DNA from: Owenia fusiformis | Taxonomy: Eukaryota | Assembly (NCBI GenBank): GCA_903813345.2 | Contig: CAIIXF020000001.1 | Coordinates: forward strand, 37,386,001 to 37,450,000 | Direction: 5' to 3' | Length of the DNA stretch: 64,000 bases | In this document: one piece after another, positions 1 to 14,904 of the stretch | How the letters are laid out: each line of letters begins with the position of its first letter | Numbering within the stretch: position 1 is the first letter of the stretch | Notes under the pieces: model-generated | The model's input: the letters and a program-made list of their open reading frames with translations, nothing else | Told to the model about the DNA's origin: nothing | Database searches by the model: none | Made by a program: the position numbers and the translations under genes

Positions 1-761
1 AAAATCAGGTTAACTGAATTAACGACAGCAAGCAAGTGGCGTAGGAATGGATACGAGCATATTATATTTTTGCATCTGTCATTTATGCAAATGAATGATT
101 TAACAATATTGTATAATACTTCCACTTGTTATAGGCTAAACAATGTTTAGGGTGTTGATATTTACTTGTATATGTACATCATAAAAAGTCGAAATAAAGT
201 AATCTCAATGATGGATATAATAAGTATAGATTAGTATTCGCATTTCGTATCTCACGAAACAAAACTTTATCGTAATGATTGTTGTACTTTTACTTCGAAT
301 ACCTAAAATATAGCGTTTGTGTGTAAATGATGTGCACATGTAATCTATTGTTTAAAATTGTGAATAATTTGTATTTATTCATATGGAAAGAAAAAGATAA
401 GAAAAAGATAGAAAACATAATAGAGAGATTTCGCAACGCACTTACAGCGTGTTTATAAATCCCTTATGTTTATAACTAATAGAAGTATGTGTACTACGTC
501 ATCATTTGTTAATGCCTATATCTACTATCTTTCATTGACTCTCTGGTGTCAAAACAGTGACTCGCTTCATTGCATGTTTAAAGTCTCACGTTTAAAGAAT
601 CAAGTGGACATGATATATTTAAGGAATAAATAATGATTCAATATGGTGAAATTCAGCACGAGTTGGACAGAATGTTGTACAAAGCACGAACCGAAGGTGA
701 GTGCATTTGTACTAACATTCTGTCCAACGAGTGCTGAATTTCACCATATTGAATGGCCTAT

Positions 762-1179
762 CATTATTTATTCCGATTCAAACATAAAAATTAGTAAAAG
801 CCGTGTCTGTGGAACGGGCATGAAGGAAGAATACGCATGCTGTCAAGATTCTGAAGTCGGCCGGAAAAATTTTAGAATTTGTTTGGGCTGTTCTATTTTA
901 CTCCCCGTTTTAGATTTTATACGGTGTATGCAAACATGGGTCAGCCATAGTTAAATAGTTACAGTAGCTACGGAGGGAGTAAAAAAGAACATCTATCACC
1001 GGACAGAGCCCCAGATGTGCAGCTGAGATGTGACGTCACTCAAAACAATGCAAATTGCAGATTGAATAGAGCATGGTCGTGCATCTATGGAGAATTAGAG
1101 AACGTTCTATATTGGCTATGCTGCATTCTGATTGGTTGAGAAATTCGAATAGAGCACGGTCATGTTTGAATAAACAATA
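762..1179. mobile_element. Degenerate non-autonomous DNA element with internal hairpin
   Basis: Imperfect inverted ends (tattt..attcaaacat ~764-785 vs catgtttgaataaacaata 1161-1179), an internal inverted pair gttctattttactccccgt (~890) / acggagggagtaaaaaagaac (~970), and a ctgattgg motif. Family not identifiable by eye. Confidence 0.35.
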
Positions 1180-2399
1180 ACAAAGTGTATAACAAATTGC
1201 AGCACTGTGGGTGATATACATGTTATGAAGGAAAACACAGCATATCGAGGTTTATAACTTTCGCTTGATTATAGGCCAAACTGCCCTAATTCACGTCACC
1301 ATACTAGTCAATGGGCAAAAGGGCAAACGCCTGACTTTTTATCTCGAGTTATGGATTTATGTGGCCTCACTGGCCTATCTGAGGTTCTAAAGCTATGTCT
1401 AAGCTACATTTTGACACTAAACTCAATAGGGGCCAAACATCTACAATTGTGACACTACCCCCTCTCTCTGCCGACAGAAATTTAAATTCAAAAAAATGAA
1501 GGCAAAATTAATACGCCACTTGATTCGAAATTTTCCTTCAGATGACCCAAGTAAACGCATTTTCAGAAGAAATGGCATGTTGTCATTGCAAAAAGATGAC
1601 AACTGTGCCTACATACTAGCTTACTGACTCGTCATGATCACAATTGTGTTGGGACTACATTCATTTTTGAAAACTACTTTTTTCTATTCAACGGAAGTGA
1701 CGTATTAGGGCATTTGGGCCTAATATATTGTACCATTCGTCCCATGATTAATACGTGGGCGATTATGGGATAATAAAAATCATATATCTTTTTTTTCAAA
1801 AACTTTATACGCCCAAAGTATAACATTAGGCTATGTCAGCAAAATTTCAGATGGACCGTTCATCCGTTCAACTTGACTTGAAATTTTGCAACAGAGGAAT
1901 TTTTATATAGCTTTGAAATCTCGCCAACTCTTGTTTTTCGTGAGATTTTTAGAGATTTGCACATTGAACCTCTAATGACTAATTTTAATGACTCACTTTT
2001 CCTCTTTTTAATATCATAATTGAAATCAGTGAAACGATTTCTACAATAATAACTTTGATTATTAGGCTATAGTTATGTCATTTAAATAATTTATCCATGA
2101 CTTTTAAAAAAAACTTGGGCCAAATCTCCATTGATGCAACGCTAAAATTCTTTAAAACCTCTGTTTATTCGTTAGACAACCAACATTTTCATAACTAATC
2201 ACAATATGCGAATGAACAGGGTCACCCCATAGTATGCCATTACAACCAACGTTTTTTTTAATTAAATGACTATTGCAATTTCATAACATTTAAGTCAATG
2301 GCAGTCTGGCCCAAACAAAACAGAAAACAAACAAGTGTGACATCTCTTATATCAGCTTATTTAGCCATATAGAAACTCTCTTATTCAACTTCAACAAAT

Positions 2400-2745
2400 T
2401 GTAACAGACAAAAGAACAGACAAGTGCTAAGATCTGATTAGATTTAGAGTATACTAGGTAAATTACTTGGCGGCCATTTTAAATTTCATCAAAATTCCAG
2501 GTGAACCGCTTATCCGTTCAACTTGAAGTTTTTGCAGATGCAAGAGCAGATTAGTGTCAAGATCTGATTTTGTAAACTACATGGTGACCATTTTTAATTT
2601 TGCGAAATTTTGTCATCGAAATTCCAGGAAAAACACTTATCCGTTAAACTTGAAATTTTTATAGATGCAACAACAGACTTGTGCCAAGATCTGAATATGT
2701 TTTGGTTTTGCTAGCTAATTCACATGGCGCCCATTTTGAATTCTT
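2400..2745. repeat. Degenerate ~125-bp tandem repeat, about 3 units
   Basis: Recurring aagatctga...tggcggccatttt...aaattccagg...cttatccgttcaacttgaa; atccgttcaacttga also occurs at ~1862. Confidence 0.55.
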
Positions 2746-3059
2746 TGATAATTCGGCCATTGGTATGTTTTTTTTACGTAAAAAACAGAAAACCAGTTTT
2801 TCGTTTTACTTATAATGATATCGACGATACAAAGAATCCTAAAACGACTAGAACAGGCGGTAGGCCAGGTATAATGCCACTACTAGAACTGGGCAAACAT
2901 TTGTTTGAAGAGGCAGAATAAACTTAATACTCTTGAAAAAAGCCTCATTTACGATAACCATGTGATTATCACTGTAAACCACCCCTTCATGTATTTTTCT
3001 AAATCTTAAAATTCTACGAAAGGATGTGATGAGTTCAAAATTGGATACCACTTGCAGTT

Positions 3060-3595
3060 ATGGGGGTACCACTCGCAATTAGGTCTAAGAATGGGGTACC
3101 AATGGGGCATAAGTGTAAGAATGGGGCAACACTCGCATTTAAATGTAAGAATGGGACAACACTCGAATTTAAGGATAAGAATGGTACAAAACTCGCATTT
3201 AAGTATAAGAATGGGTCAAAACTCGCATTTAAGTGTAAGAATGGGACAACATTCTAATTTAAGGGTAAGAATGGGACAAAACTCGCATTTAAGTGTAAGA
3301 ATGGGTCAAAACTCGCATTTAAGTGTAAGAATGGGACAACACTCGAATTTCAGGGTAAGAATGGGACAACACTCGAATTTAAGTGTAAGAATGGGACAAC
3401 ACTCGAATTTAAGGGTAAGAATGGGACAATACTCGCATTCAAGTGTAAGAATGGGTCAAAACTCGCATTTAAGTGTAAGAATGGGACAACACTCGAATTT
3501 AAGGGTAAGAATGGGGCAATACTCGCATTTAAGTGTAAGAATGGGACAATATTCGCATTTAATTAAGTGTAAGAATGGGATACCTCTCGCATTTT
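3060..3595. repeat. 30-bp minisatellite, about 18 copies
   Basis: Unit approximately ATGGGACAACACTCGCATTTAAGTGTAAGA, in exact 30-bp phase from 3061 to 3541. Confidence 0.97.
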
Positions 3596-4767
3596 ACGAG
3601 ACAAAACCACGGTGCAAGATAAGAGGCAAAGATAAGCAGCGGTCCACATGTGTTGAATAACAATTATAGATCCCATACATTTGAGTAAATAATCTTCAAG
3701 TTGATATTTAATTATAATCGCCAAATAAACATAGAGTTATCACCAAAGCAGTGCCTTATCACACGTAAGGGGTTAAAATTGAGCACGTTTTTATCTTTAA
3801 CGATGACCATTAGCAAGCTATTATTTGTTTAAATGTGACAATAATGTAAAACTAAATTATTTGGTAGAAAAAGGTAGGGATGCATAAATATATACATTAA
3901 TGTCTGATACTGGTACCTGCGGTAATGATTTAACGTAAGAGGCCTAGTCTCTGGAAACCACATACAACAGACATTTAAATTATATTGATGTATAAATATA
4001 ACATATTATATTGAGTAAAAATGTGATCTGCTAATACTTACATGTATATCCATTAAGAAAACGGGCATAAAATAAAAATAGTGAAACATAAATCAATGAT
4101 AAATAAAAATTCTTTATATATATATGCTATATAAAGTTTTAAATTCAGATAGCTACGTATACCATTCCTTAAGGAATAGGCAGCTCGACGCAAACAAGAT
4201 TATGTTGTTTGTTTAATAATCCGAACCAAACCACATGGACAAAAAACTACAAGTAAATCTTTTTTTGACGACAGGAGTTTTAGAAGAGTTATCCCCTGGC
4301 ATTTATCTTTACCATCATCATAAATGGATATTTGTGAGATCGTGACCAAAGCTTCTTGGAGTTATCGAATCTCATTATAATTTCAGATAGACCGAGATCT
4401 TAATTAAATACAATTCATTATTTGGGAACTAAAGCTAGCCGATATCAGCACCGGCTATTGAGTCTTTTGATACAATTGCATATTCGTCCGCACTAACCAA
4501 TCAGGTTAGAGATTATCAAACATGGCCGAAATAAATGATTTAAAGCCCCTCCACAGATTGAAAAGGCGATTTCATTTTTGGTCTTGACACAGTTGTTCGT
4601 AAGACATTACGCTGATACAATATTTGACTTAGGACTATCAAATAAAATTGTAAATCTTGAAACAATCAGGACGTAAATCTAAATTGAGGAAAGTAAGATG
4701 TGCTGACTGCTACATGTACTACACAAAACAAAATAAAAACATTTAAAGCATCTAATAAAACTAAATA

Positions 4768-5227
4768 ATGAAGACAGCGAAAGTTCCTTCGGTTAAGTCC
4801 AAATTCAGTATCGATGCACTACTCGGAAGAGACAGAGACAGTCCGGAGCCCGAATCAAAGACACCACCAATGAGTCCGAGCTCATCGGAATCGATGCGAT
4901 CCACCCCGGTGAGCTCCCCGTGTTCGAGCCCCAGTCTTAGCCCCGGGGGTATGGGAGGAAGCAGTATTGTTCCTAAACCTGGACTCTTACATATGCATGG
5001 AATGAATGGACATAATATGAGCACTGCGGGTCTCCTACCAGGAATGTTCGCGCACCCTATGTACTCGGGTCTAGGGGGATCTCCCCATGGACCCCATCCG
5101 ATGTTGCCGGGAAGTGCATTCCACTCCCCGGCAGAGCAAGCTTTAAAGGCAGCCCAGGCCCAGGGAATGAACCTCGACTGGTTAGCGAGGGCGGGGATGT
5201 TCATGCCAAGGGTGATGGACTTTGCAG
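4768..5227 (+). CDS. Mnx: Motor neuron and pancreas homeobox (Mnx/Hb9/exex), coding exon 1
   Basis: ATG at 4768; eh1 Groucho-binding motif FSIDALL; Ser/Pro-rich region; PGSAFH and LDWLARAG blocks; donor GCAG|GTAATA, phase 1, compatible with exon 2. Confidence 0.92.
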
Positions 5228-8200
5228 GTAATAAACAACACACTTCATTGATCTTTGCCGCAAATCAATTAGATCGAACACGTAAACAAATAAGCAGAAT
5301 TCATGTTGTTCAAATGATCAGTTTAATTACGATTTAAGTGATTGCTCTTTGCAAAGATTGAAAACGACTTGTTATTTACAATATATTGTATTACCAATAC
5401 AAAGTGTCAATATAAATTAAGCACTACATAAAAAGAAATGCCAACTTAGCGGTTTAAAACAAGGTGTGAAGGAAATGATAATAATGCAAGTTAAACATTA
5501 TATTCACATCAAGTTGGTTTAAATGACAATAAGAAAACACATGCGAATACTTGAGGTTGAACCTAAAAAGAGAAACTTCCCCGACGGTGGAATATCACAG
5601 TTCTTAATACGTTTACATAACTAACGAATGTAAAATAAATCGAAAAATAATTTTCAAAAATATCGAGGTACGAGTTCTTTCAATGATATATTCAATGTGT
5701 CCCTTTGATTACCAAGGAAACAAAAAGAGGAAAAAGTGTTTGCCTTATCTGTAAGTGCACTTCATATTCGGATGATAAAAAGTCATGTCCTAGTTCAAGT
5801 TTGATGACTCTCATTAGAAGCAAATCATAACTATTTAACAATATATTACGAGCACTTAACTTTATGGTACATGAATTAAACAGATATTATAATGAATGTA
5901 ATAAGTGATATCTTCGTGAAACAAATTACCCGTGATCACTTTCAGTGTGTCACGATTGAAACCCGGTAAATTAGGATTTTATTAGCTACAAAATCTTAGG
6001 ATAATTCAATATAAATTGTCAAGGCGAAGTTTGAAAAGATTATATTTTCAAAGAAACCGTTGTAAATGTGTATAATTAATGCCACTCCATGCCCCCCTTA
6101 CAGCTGTGTGTGCGTAAAGGATACGGAATGGCAAATTGTGCAATGCCAGCTTCCTACAATTTTGGGAGGTGTTCCTCAAACCTTTTCAATGGAGCATACT
6201 CGCTTTCTGTTTCTTCTATATCATAATATGATTAGTTTAGAGCAGCTATTAGGCTTCATTCATGTTTGATGGTCTCATGAAGGTACAATATGATGGCTGT
6301 CATATTTCATGGACACCTGCGGAGTTGAGATAGGTGAAATACGGTAGCAGCATGCTCATAAACCGCTAAACATATTTTGCAGTTAAAGAGAACCCGATTT
6401 GTTGAAAATGTGATATTATAATTGTTTCTTATTTCACAATTCGGACACATACTCTATCATATAAGTGATTCAGTAAAGAACATATCGCGAAATAAAAAAC
6501 CTTAAAAGTGGTTCTGCAGACACAATCGATGTTGAAAAATGAAACAGATGATTGGGTGGGATTAGTGCTATATTTCATATATTTACGAATCCCATGCCCA
6601 GATGGCTGATCCTTCAACAAAGCAAACTCTACGATTGCCACTTCATATTCTCTGCGAATGCGCATAGTTTAATTACTACTAATTAATTTATTATTGAGTA
6701 ATTAGTGCTTTAATCATTCGAGCTGGTGCCTGATCACTTCAAAAGATAGATAATTGAGATCAAAGAAAATATCGTACAGATTTATTGATACATTTGTCAA
6801 AATGACACAAGTGCAAAAGTAGCCACGACAAACTATTATGATTTCCACAAACTGTGCGTGGGATCGAATCTTCGTAATGTACAGAATATTTCATTTCATC
6901 TTTTATGACATAAGCACATATCTCTGCTAATATATTAATTGATTATAAAACATTAATAGTATGTGTACTGCATAACTTGTGATTATAATGTTAAGTATCG
7001 AGCTATAGTGTATAGTATTGATACGAATACCTCACTGTTGATAACTTAAAATTGTGCTGTTTGTTGTGTGGTATATCAAGAATAATTCAATTAAGATTTC
7101 AATTGAATTAATTAAACTACTGTTGTCTTTAAGCAGTTCAAAGGATAATTGTTTGAGGATCTATGTATTTAGCACATTGGCTTACTGAAGTGTTGAGAGT
7201 TCAACAGATTACGCTTTGGAACATAGCCCCCGTGGGAAAGCCATTAAATACGTGATTAACAGAATTGCTACGTTGATATCATAATTAAGAGATATTCTTA
7301 TGTGTATATCCTTATCATAATCCTAGATAATACGACACAATACAGATGAATTTTACGATATTATATATTTATAGTGAGGTATTTTTCTTCAACGAACATT
7401 CTTTTCTCAAATCAGTGTACGCACATCTTTTCATGTAGCTGGAAATGATCAAATGACAAAATTGTTATATTTTAATTAGTGTTTTTCTCCCAGATTGTGA
7501 CAATCATTGAGTTAATTAAAGCTCATCAATTCACCTCCCCTTTGCGGCCAATTAATTAAAATTTCATTATGATCTCGTTTCAATGGCATCTTACAAAACA
7601 ACACCATCTGTACGCGTATGGCCGATTTTATGACTGATTTAAGAACGATTTGTGATCGCTTATTATTCTTCATTAATTATTAACACGATCGACACGTCGT
7701 CAATGATTTATACCTGGCGTTAAACGTCACGATACACGAACTAGAAATAAAATAGTTTTATTTTTTATTTTATTGATCATCTTACGTGACAAGATGCTAC
7801 TTCACAACCAGTATGCCGGCCAGTATGTTAGATATTTCAGAAACTTATTTCATGTCCAATGATTCTTATATCATCCTTCATATACTGATTATAAAGTAGA
7901 GTAGCAGCATAATCTATCTTACTCAATTACATATAATCACTTGAAATCGGAAATATATCAAAGGATTTAATCAATACAATTGCACAATTCTATCTTTCAA
8001 TTGTTCGAGGTGTCCAGCTGTAAGCCTAGTATCTCTTCTAGAGTTGATAAAGCACTGTCTCGTGTAATATTTGTCCCAAACACTCAACGTGAACAGGCAA
8101 TTCAAAGATAAGTAAATTGAAGTATAATCACATGTGACTAGGTTTTAACGCGTTTTAAAATGATTACTTCAGATATATCAACTCCTGGGTCGCTGAAGAA

Positions 8201-11200
8201 GCCCACTTTAGTTCATGAAATGTGTTCCGAACGAGATATATAGACCCAAATATCGGTAACCTGACAGGTGGATTTCTTGTATAAAACACATTCAAACTCA
8301 AGTAAGGACACGGGAGATATTTGTTGGTAATCGAAGGGTATTCAAATGTTTTGGATAATACATATTCGTTCGTATTCTCAGTCCGTTGACTGGTGATACA
8401 AGTCCGGGTACAAATCATGGCGTTACATGAAGTTGTACGGCAAGGTTAAGATTACAAATACATGAATGGACCATCTAATAGTAAATACATTTTTTCTAAA
8501 TCTGGCATGAAAATATGCGTTTTCCCCATAAATTCATTAAAAAGATTCATTTCCCCTTTTAATCAATTGATTTCAACACATTTACATGGTGGTTTGCTAA
8601 CATTAACAAATTTAAAACTGACGGGAGTTCTTCAGTACATCTCAATGGAAAACTACACCTGGCCATGCATGTATAGATGAACGTTCACTACTTGATGAAC
8701 ATGCAGTATGCAGTTATAAACTGAGTATCTATCAAATGATTGTAACATCGCCAATTAACACCGTTGATTTTATTGAATCACGGTGTAAAAAAGAATTTGG
8801 TATTCAACATATAACAAAAAAATTATGGAAATGATTATGGAAATTAGATATCATATATTCCTACCCTTTGCATTCGTTCGACTTCGCTTCTCAAAAGAGA
8901 GCTTCATCTTCATAACTAGACTGTAAGTGCAGTGTATCATATTCCTCACTCCCTGATTGGTCCATGTCGTAACTTAAAGATAACAGGCGTGACTTTCATT
9001 GAATATCAAATGGAATATTCACCAGTCACGACTTAGTCCACTGTACCTCTAATTTTATATGTCCCCGGGAGAACATTGTTATCATCAATTAGACAATGTA
9101 AGCGAGGAATAAAACAGTGAACAATAAAACTAATATTTAATTATATTTTCGGTGATTACCTGTGACACTTTCACAAGATGATATTCCACTAGCCCTTGCC
9201 ACTAACCGGGCTTCTTGGAATATTCACCTCACCAGAATTAAATATTTTAAAAATGTTTCTTGGTATCATCATTGTCGAATTGTCAGTTGCAAACAATGTT
9301 TGAATTTGTTCGCTAAATTCTCTCGTAAAAAAATCGTTGAATTAAATTTGAAATATGTCAAAATGTTATGATGAATTTGATCACATACACATTCTATTCA
9401 TGATTTCTACCCTACTCCGACATGGCATCATTTGGCAAGATAGTTCACACCCAATTCATAACATTACTTGTACATTCATTTTTTACATAGAATTACAATT
9501 GGAAATACAGTATTTCCTCTTGTTTAGATTAACATATCAAAGGTTAGAGTTAATATTTGTATATCAATGCATTTTTCTCCGCTAATATCAAACCAAATTG
9601 AGGAAATCATGAAAACCAATAAAACACAATTAAAACAAAGGGTTTAATGAGCAAAGAACACACTAGCAGGATGACACACGTGTTTGGATATGAAGTGTTT
9701 ATTTGGCGCACGTGTAATCGTTAAAATTCTCATAAGTTAGAGATAAGACATTTTTTCAGCACAGTCTCCACTTCCTTTCACATATGTCATTTGTCGCAGG
9801 TTATCTCAAAATAAAAAATCGCAATAGAAGGCCCACGTTTAATTCAGTGTATTAAAATGATTCAAACTAGATTGCAGTGTATAAAAGTATGTCTGAAAAG
9901 GAGTAAGAGAAATCGAGTTCTGAGTACTGACCCATGACATCGAGCGCTAATCAGCCATTTTGAATTGTGCGTAAATTGAATTTTACTGATCGTGAGATGA
10001 TGCAGCCAGGGTAAACATTGAGTAAGGCTAGCTAATTGATTGCCAACATTTGAATCTGATTGTTGAAATTGACGTAGAAATAGATTATGTTGGGATTTTT
10101 TTGCGAGGCAGCTGCGTCTTGATCATTTCATCAGCGTTTGTCAACACTCTGCGTGATTAACACAAGATTACACTAGAATTTACTGTTGAAATCTAGCGCA
10201 ATTTGCTAATTTAATTTGCCATTTTTGGGCCATTAGTTCTATGGGAGCTCAATTGGCAAATGAATTAGTGAATCATTTGTATGCTGTTCCAATCACTTGA
10301 ATGCTAAGTAGGACTTTGGGGCTTCAGCCCGGAATGCTAACTAGCAATTTTGTCGATATTTCTCCATCAAAATCGAGCGTAATTACATCGTACTTATCTC
10401 GAGACTGATTTCTGACGAGGATTAATATGATCAGTTCTGTAAGATGTTTTGTAATTATCTATAATGAAATTAAAATGTATATTTAGCCTAAAGATGATCG
10501 CCGAAAATTAGATCCATGAGAAACACGACATTGAATGACTGGATCAGTCCTTAATTTTTTTCGTTGGGAAAATTAAATTGGCCAAATGTTGACTAAATGT
10601 GATAAGTAACACCTTACATACTCCATATATTTCAAATCAAATGCTCTTTTACTTCTCCGGCAGTGGCTTTCCTGTTAGCTAACCAGGATTAAAGTGAAGA
10701 TCTGTTTGCTTTTGTCGAATGGAAGAAGATATTAATTATGAAAAAGTGTTTATTCGGAACAGGGGCGCTCTGTTCATCCAGTTAATCTATTAAATGGTCC
10801 CCAGTCAATATGTGTTCAACTGATTGCTCGACTACTCCTGCTTAACACGCATAAAGCGAAAAAACTAATAAGCGTCTTAAGATGTTGTTATAGAAATTAA
10901 ATGAGAAAATTAATTAAATTAATACCATGTAGTTAGACGCTGATATTCATTTCCACTGAAATGGCACATTTTACGACATCCAATTAGTGAAATAAAATAT
11001 TTTGATTGTGGTTAAATAGGTTTCATGAGAAATATTAATACCATCGAGAGAGATAAATCGTTCTAGTGAGAGATATATTTCCGCAGTTCAAGAAGTCTTT
11101 GCGTTGGTACATTACCTTTCGACGATTATTAACATCATTTTGAAACCATTCGGATACTTAGTAATAGCTCACCGACTTGGATAAATTGCCTCTTTGGAAT

Positions 11201-12458
11201 CTGCCAATAACCGTTAGAGTTTATTACTTGATTAGCTATTGAGCTTGGATTGAACAGTCGTCGACCACTTAGCATTATTTAACATTACTAGTTAGATTAT
11301 CGTCGAGTAAACGGCCGCGGTGTGATTAAATAATTAGTCATAATAGCTACTTGTCCCATTCCCACCACACAAATATAGTAATACTCGTACAATTACCACA
11401 ATACTGTTCCAAATCAGAGAAATAACAAAACTGCTGATTCGGCACTCACTATTGTCACTTTCCATTTCAAGCGGATTAAAACACAATTGTAACAAGTTAA
11501 AGATGACGACAATGATTTTGATCTTTCATCGGACTAATTACTATAGATAAAGGCGCAATAATCTAATTTAATTTTCTTAGATGCTCTATGCTAATGTAAT
11601 CTTCCTGTACGATAGCTTGAGAAATCACTTTATATCCGACCAGAATAGGACTTAGAAAGGGAATCGATTGGGTTAATCCCTAATCTTCTCTGTTCTGAAA
11701 GAGACGAGCAATTTGAAAATAAGATGTCATCACTTTAATTGATCACGTTATAGAACTGGTTCACTTCTAGTTTTGGTGTGATTAAATTATAATATCAGCC
11801 CAGTGCTATCCCTTAAGCTCTAAATTGACCATTTTCTGCCTAATTTTCCAGCCCATAGCGTCGATTCAATACATTAATATCATTGGGAGCAGTATTAGAC
11901 TGATTAAATGAGAATACGCACACTTCATCACAATGTTTATCGCTCAGGGTAGTCTAATCATCGCTTTCATCGTTAAATTCCATTACTCAGGCTGAACAGA
12001 GTCTTGAATGAAATGAGGTAATTGAATCTTTGAAGGCATAGGGACGTTTCTCCAACAAAACAATTCAAGCAGACCATATATAACCCATCATAGTTTGGTA
12101 TTCTCATTAAAAGTAGATCAAGTCTTATTTTGCACTTAAATGAATATTTTAAACAATCAAGTACAGTTATATAACATGGTTTACTTTTTACGACATAACT
12201 TAATGCGCGTTACCTACGTATATAATGATAATATAATGATGACAAAATAACTTAATGCACATTTCATAAATGGATAAATAAACTTTAATAAAAATGACAA
12301 TATAACTTAATTTACATTGCCTCTGCGCATAATTTAGCTCATTCTGCCGAGATACTAATGACAACAGAAATTAGTTCACATTATGTCTGTAAAATCTTTA
12401 GTAAAAAATATGTCAATTATTGTCGTTAAATTACTTAAAATAATATTTCTATTTGTAG

Positions 12459-12619
12459 GTGCCCAACAACATAATCTACTAGGAAAAACTAGAAGACCAA
12501 GGACAGCGTTTACGAGTCAGCAGCTGTTAGAGCTAGAACGCCAATTCAAGATGAACAAATACCTCTCTAGGCCCAAGAGGTTTGAAGTCGCCACCTCTCT
12601 AATGCTTACAGAAACCCAG
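12459..12619 (+). CDS. Mnx: Mnx coding exon 2 (homeodomain N-terminal part)
   Basis: tttgtag| acceptor; [48 protein letters not shown] is the diagnostic Mnx homeodomain; CAG|GTATGT donor. Confidence 0.97.
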
Positions 12620-13882
12620 GTATGTTGACAAATAGCCCCATAATAAATTACAACATAATAGACTTTAATCAATGTTGAGCATACGATTCGAAATTAAGTT
12701 GTTTTTTTTCAAATAAACATAATGTGCAGTTTGTCAATTTTAGTTGTTTTTTATTTGTTTTATTTAATTTAGCAAAATTAAACAATCTCGGTTGAATAGA
12801 CAGTGTGGAACTGACTTACACAAATTAGTACTTTTCACGTTTTAATCAATATAATTTCTCCAGTGAAGTGTGTACCGTTAATTAATGGAGTGATTGTTCC
12901 TTAAGGAAATAAATGACAAATGATCATGTTTTATCTCAACCGCTTCAATAACATAGATATACTTTCCAATTACATATTTCACGGTTATTAATGAGTGAAT
13001 TTGCCAACCCACACGCAAGATCTACAAATGTATTGTCAGTTGGATAATAACTAATGACTCTGGGTAATATTAATAATTTGATTTAATTAGTGGTAATTCA
13101 GTGGTACCTAGATAAACTACTTTTATATTAATGTCATTTAATCCCTGATCTGTCATTTGACGACATTGCACCGAGTGATTTATGAGTTTACAAATAGTTC
13201 CAAACTTAGTATCAAAATTACTCTCTGAAGCTTTTTTAGTTTTTGATTCTGGGCTATTAATTATGCCTTTGTCTCTCTTCTCGTGCCAAGATCCTAGTTA
13301 TAGAATTGAACAACTGATAAGGGAGGGTGAATATAAATATGATCAGAGCAAATTCCAAATGAAACATTTAACAATATCAATATTGTATCAAACGTGTACT
13401 GATCGATGTTGTCTGCTTTGCTTTATCATTGAACACTGCGGTTGAAAGCATATTCGAACCAATTGGTTTAATTCGAATCTCGATGTTTCAAATGTAATTA
13501 TATCATTTTGAAACTGTTCTCCATTCTCCAAATAAATTGATTGGATTGATGGACTAAATTAATATTTTGTAATTTCGAATAATTGCTGGATCTATTTCTA
13601 AATATTAGAATTATACGATGGACCTTTTTGTCATACCTATTTATTTATCTTAGCGATTGATTCTGACTGATTGAATTATGATTCCTAATGTTCATTATTC
13701 ATATAGTCTATTTGTATTGTTTTATTTACAATGGGGCACTTGGTCATCAAGTCTTAACGATATTTCATTGAAAAGTATTTGTCAACGAGTGCATCGGCTC
13801 GATCACTGTTCTTAGTACTCCATTTGGCCACAATAGTATCTTTACTTATTTATTGCTAACGAAATATTCACATGTTTTGCAG

Positions 13883-14275
13883 GTGAAGATCTGGTTCCAA
13901 AACAGACGAATGAAATGGAAACGTAGCAAAAAGGCCCACATGGAGGCAAAAGCAAAGCATGCATCTGATAAAGCGAACAAGCAACTTCACAAAGACAATG
14001 TTCATATCCCAAAACTGGACAATCAAAATGCTAACACAAATACCGACAATCAAACTGAGACAATCATAAGTAACATACCCGCTGGCAGTAGTGCGCCATT
14101 GGGGCTCCATAAAACCACAGTAGATGAAACAGCTCTTAGACTTAAAGACACTGACCAAGTTCGTGGTCCACAGATGTTACAAGTGCATCAAACTAAGGTG
14201 CTTAATGAACCAATGGACATGGCAAATTTTGAGCACAGTATTCAGACGACCGTACAGCATCCACACGGTTTATAA
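13883..14275 (+). CDS. Mnx: Mnx coding exon 3 (helix 3 and C-terminus)
   Basis: ttttgcag| acceptor, then VKIWFQNRRMKWKRSKK...; TAA at 14273-14275. Joined CDS is 1014 nt = 337 aa. Confidence 0.96.
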   Translation: MKIWFQNRRMKWKRSKKAHMEAKAKHASDKANKQLHKDNVHIPKLDNQNANTNTDNQTETIISNIPAGSSAPLGLHKTTVDETALRLKDTDQVRGPQMLQVHQTKVLNEPMDMANFEHSIQTTVQHPHGL

Positions 14276-14904
14276 AACATATTCATGATAAAGTTGTGTA
14301 TCAGATTTTGTAGTCCTTGGCAAATTGGTCGGTTTCCATAGAGGGGCTTGATAAATCCTATTTTCCAAAGGGACAATTTCTGTTAAATTGGGAATTTGCT
14401 TCCCTTTTGCGACCTTCAAAATTGGAGAACATTGTAACATATGCCCAATCCCTGAACCTATGAACAACGCCTTCGGAGCCAATTGTTGTTCATAGAGTTC
14501 ATAGGTTCATAGAGACAGAAATATATTATTTTAGAATCTCCTTAGAATTCGTGTGCATTGCGCATCACTTTCTTCTACAGAAATAAGAAGCTTCAAGTCT
14601 GGAGAACTGGCCATAGTAGACTAGAGCAAGTACTCATGCATACAAACTATAATATGGGCCATGTTTTCTGTTTTGCCCAGAGAACCTAAAAAAGTGTCTC
14701 ATGGTAGTCAATGGTTGGATGCAAGTCTAGATAATTTCCAACTTGACAACGACACAAAATGAAACATGGGGGATTCTAGTATTGTAGATCATTAAGAAAA
14801 ATATAATTCAAACCACATTGGTTGAAACATAAATGAGTAGAATGGGCTTCCAGAGATGTGCCAAAATGAGTTTAATTTATCCGTAAAACGCATGTACGTA
14901 CGTA

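Noticed and set aside
3052..3660. 202-aa repetitive ORF (VRMGQHSNLR)n
   Set aside because: A by-product of a 30-bp (multiple of 3) minisatellite; non-ATG start and no splice context.
4761..5243. 160-aa antisense ORF over Mnx exon 1
   Set aside because: Shadow of a GC-rich coding exon.
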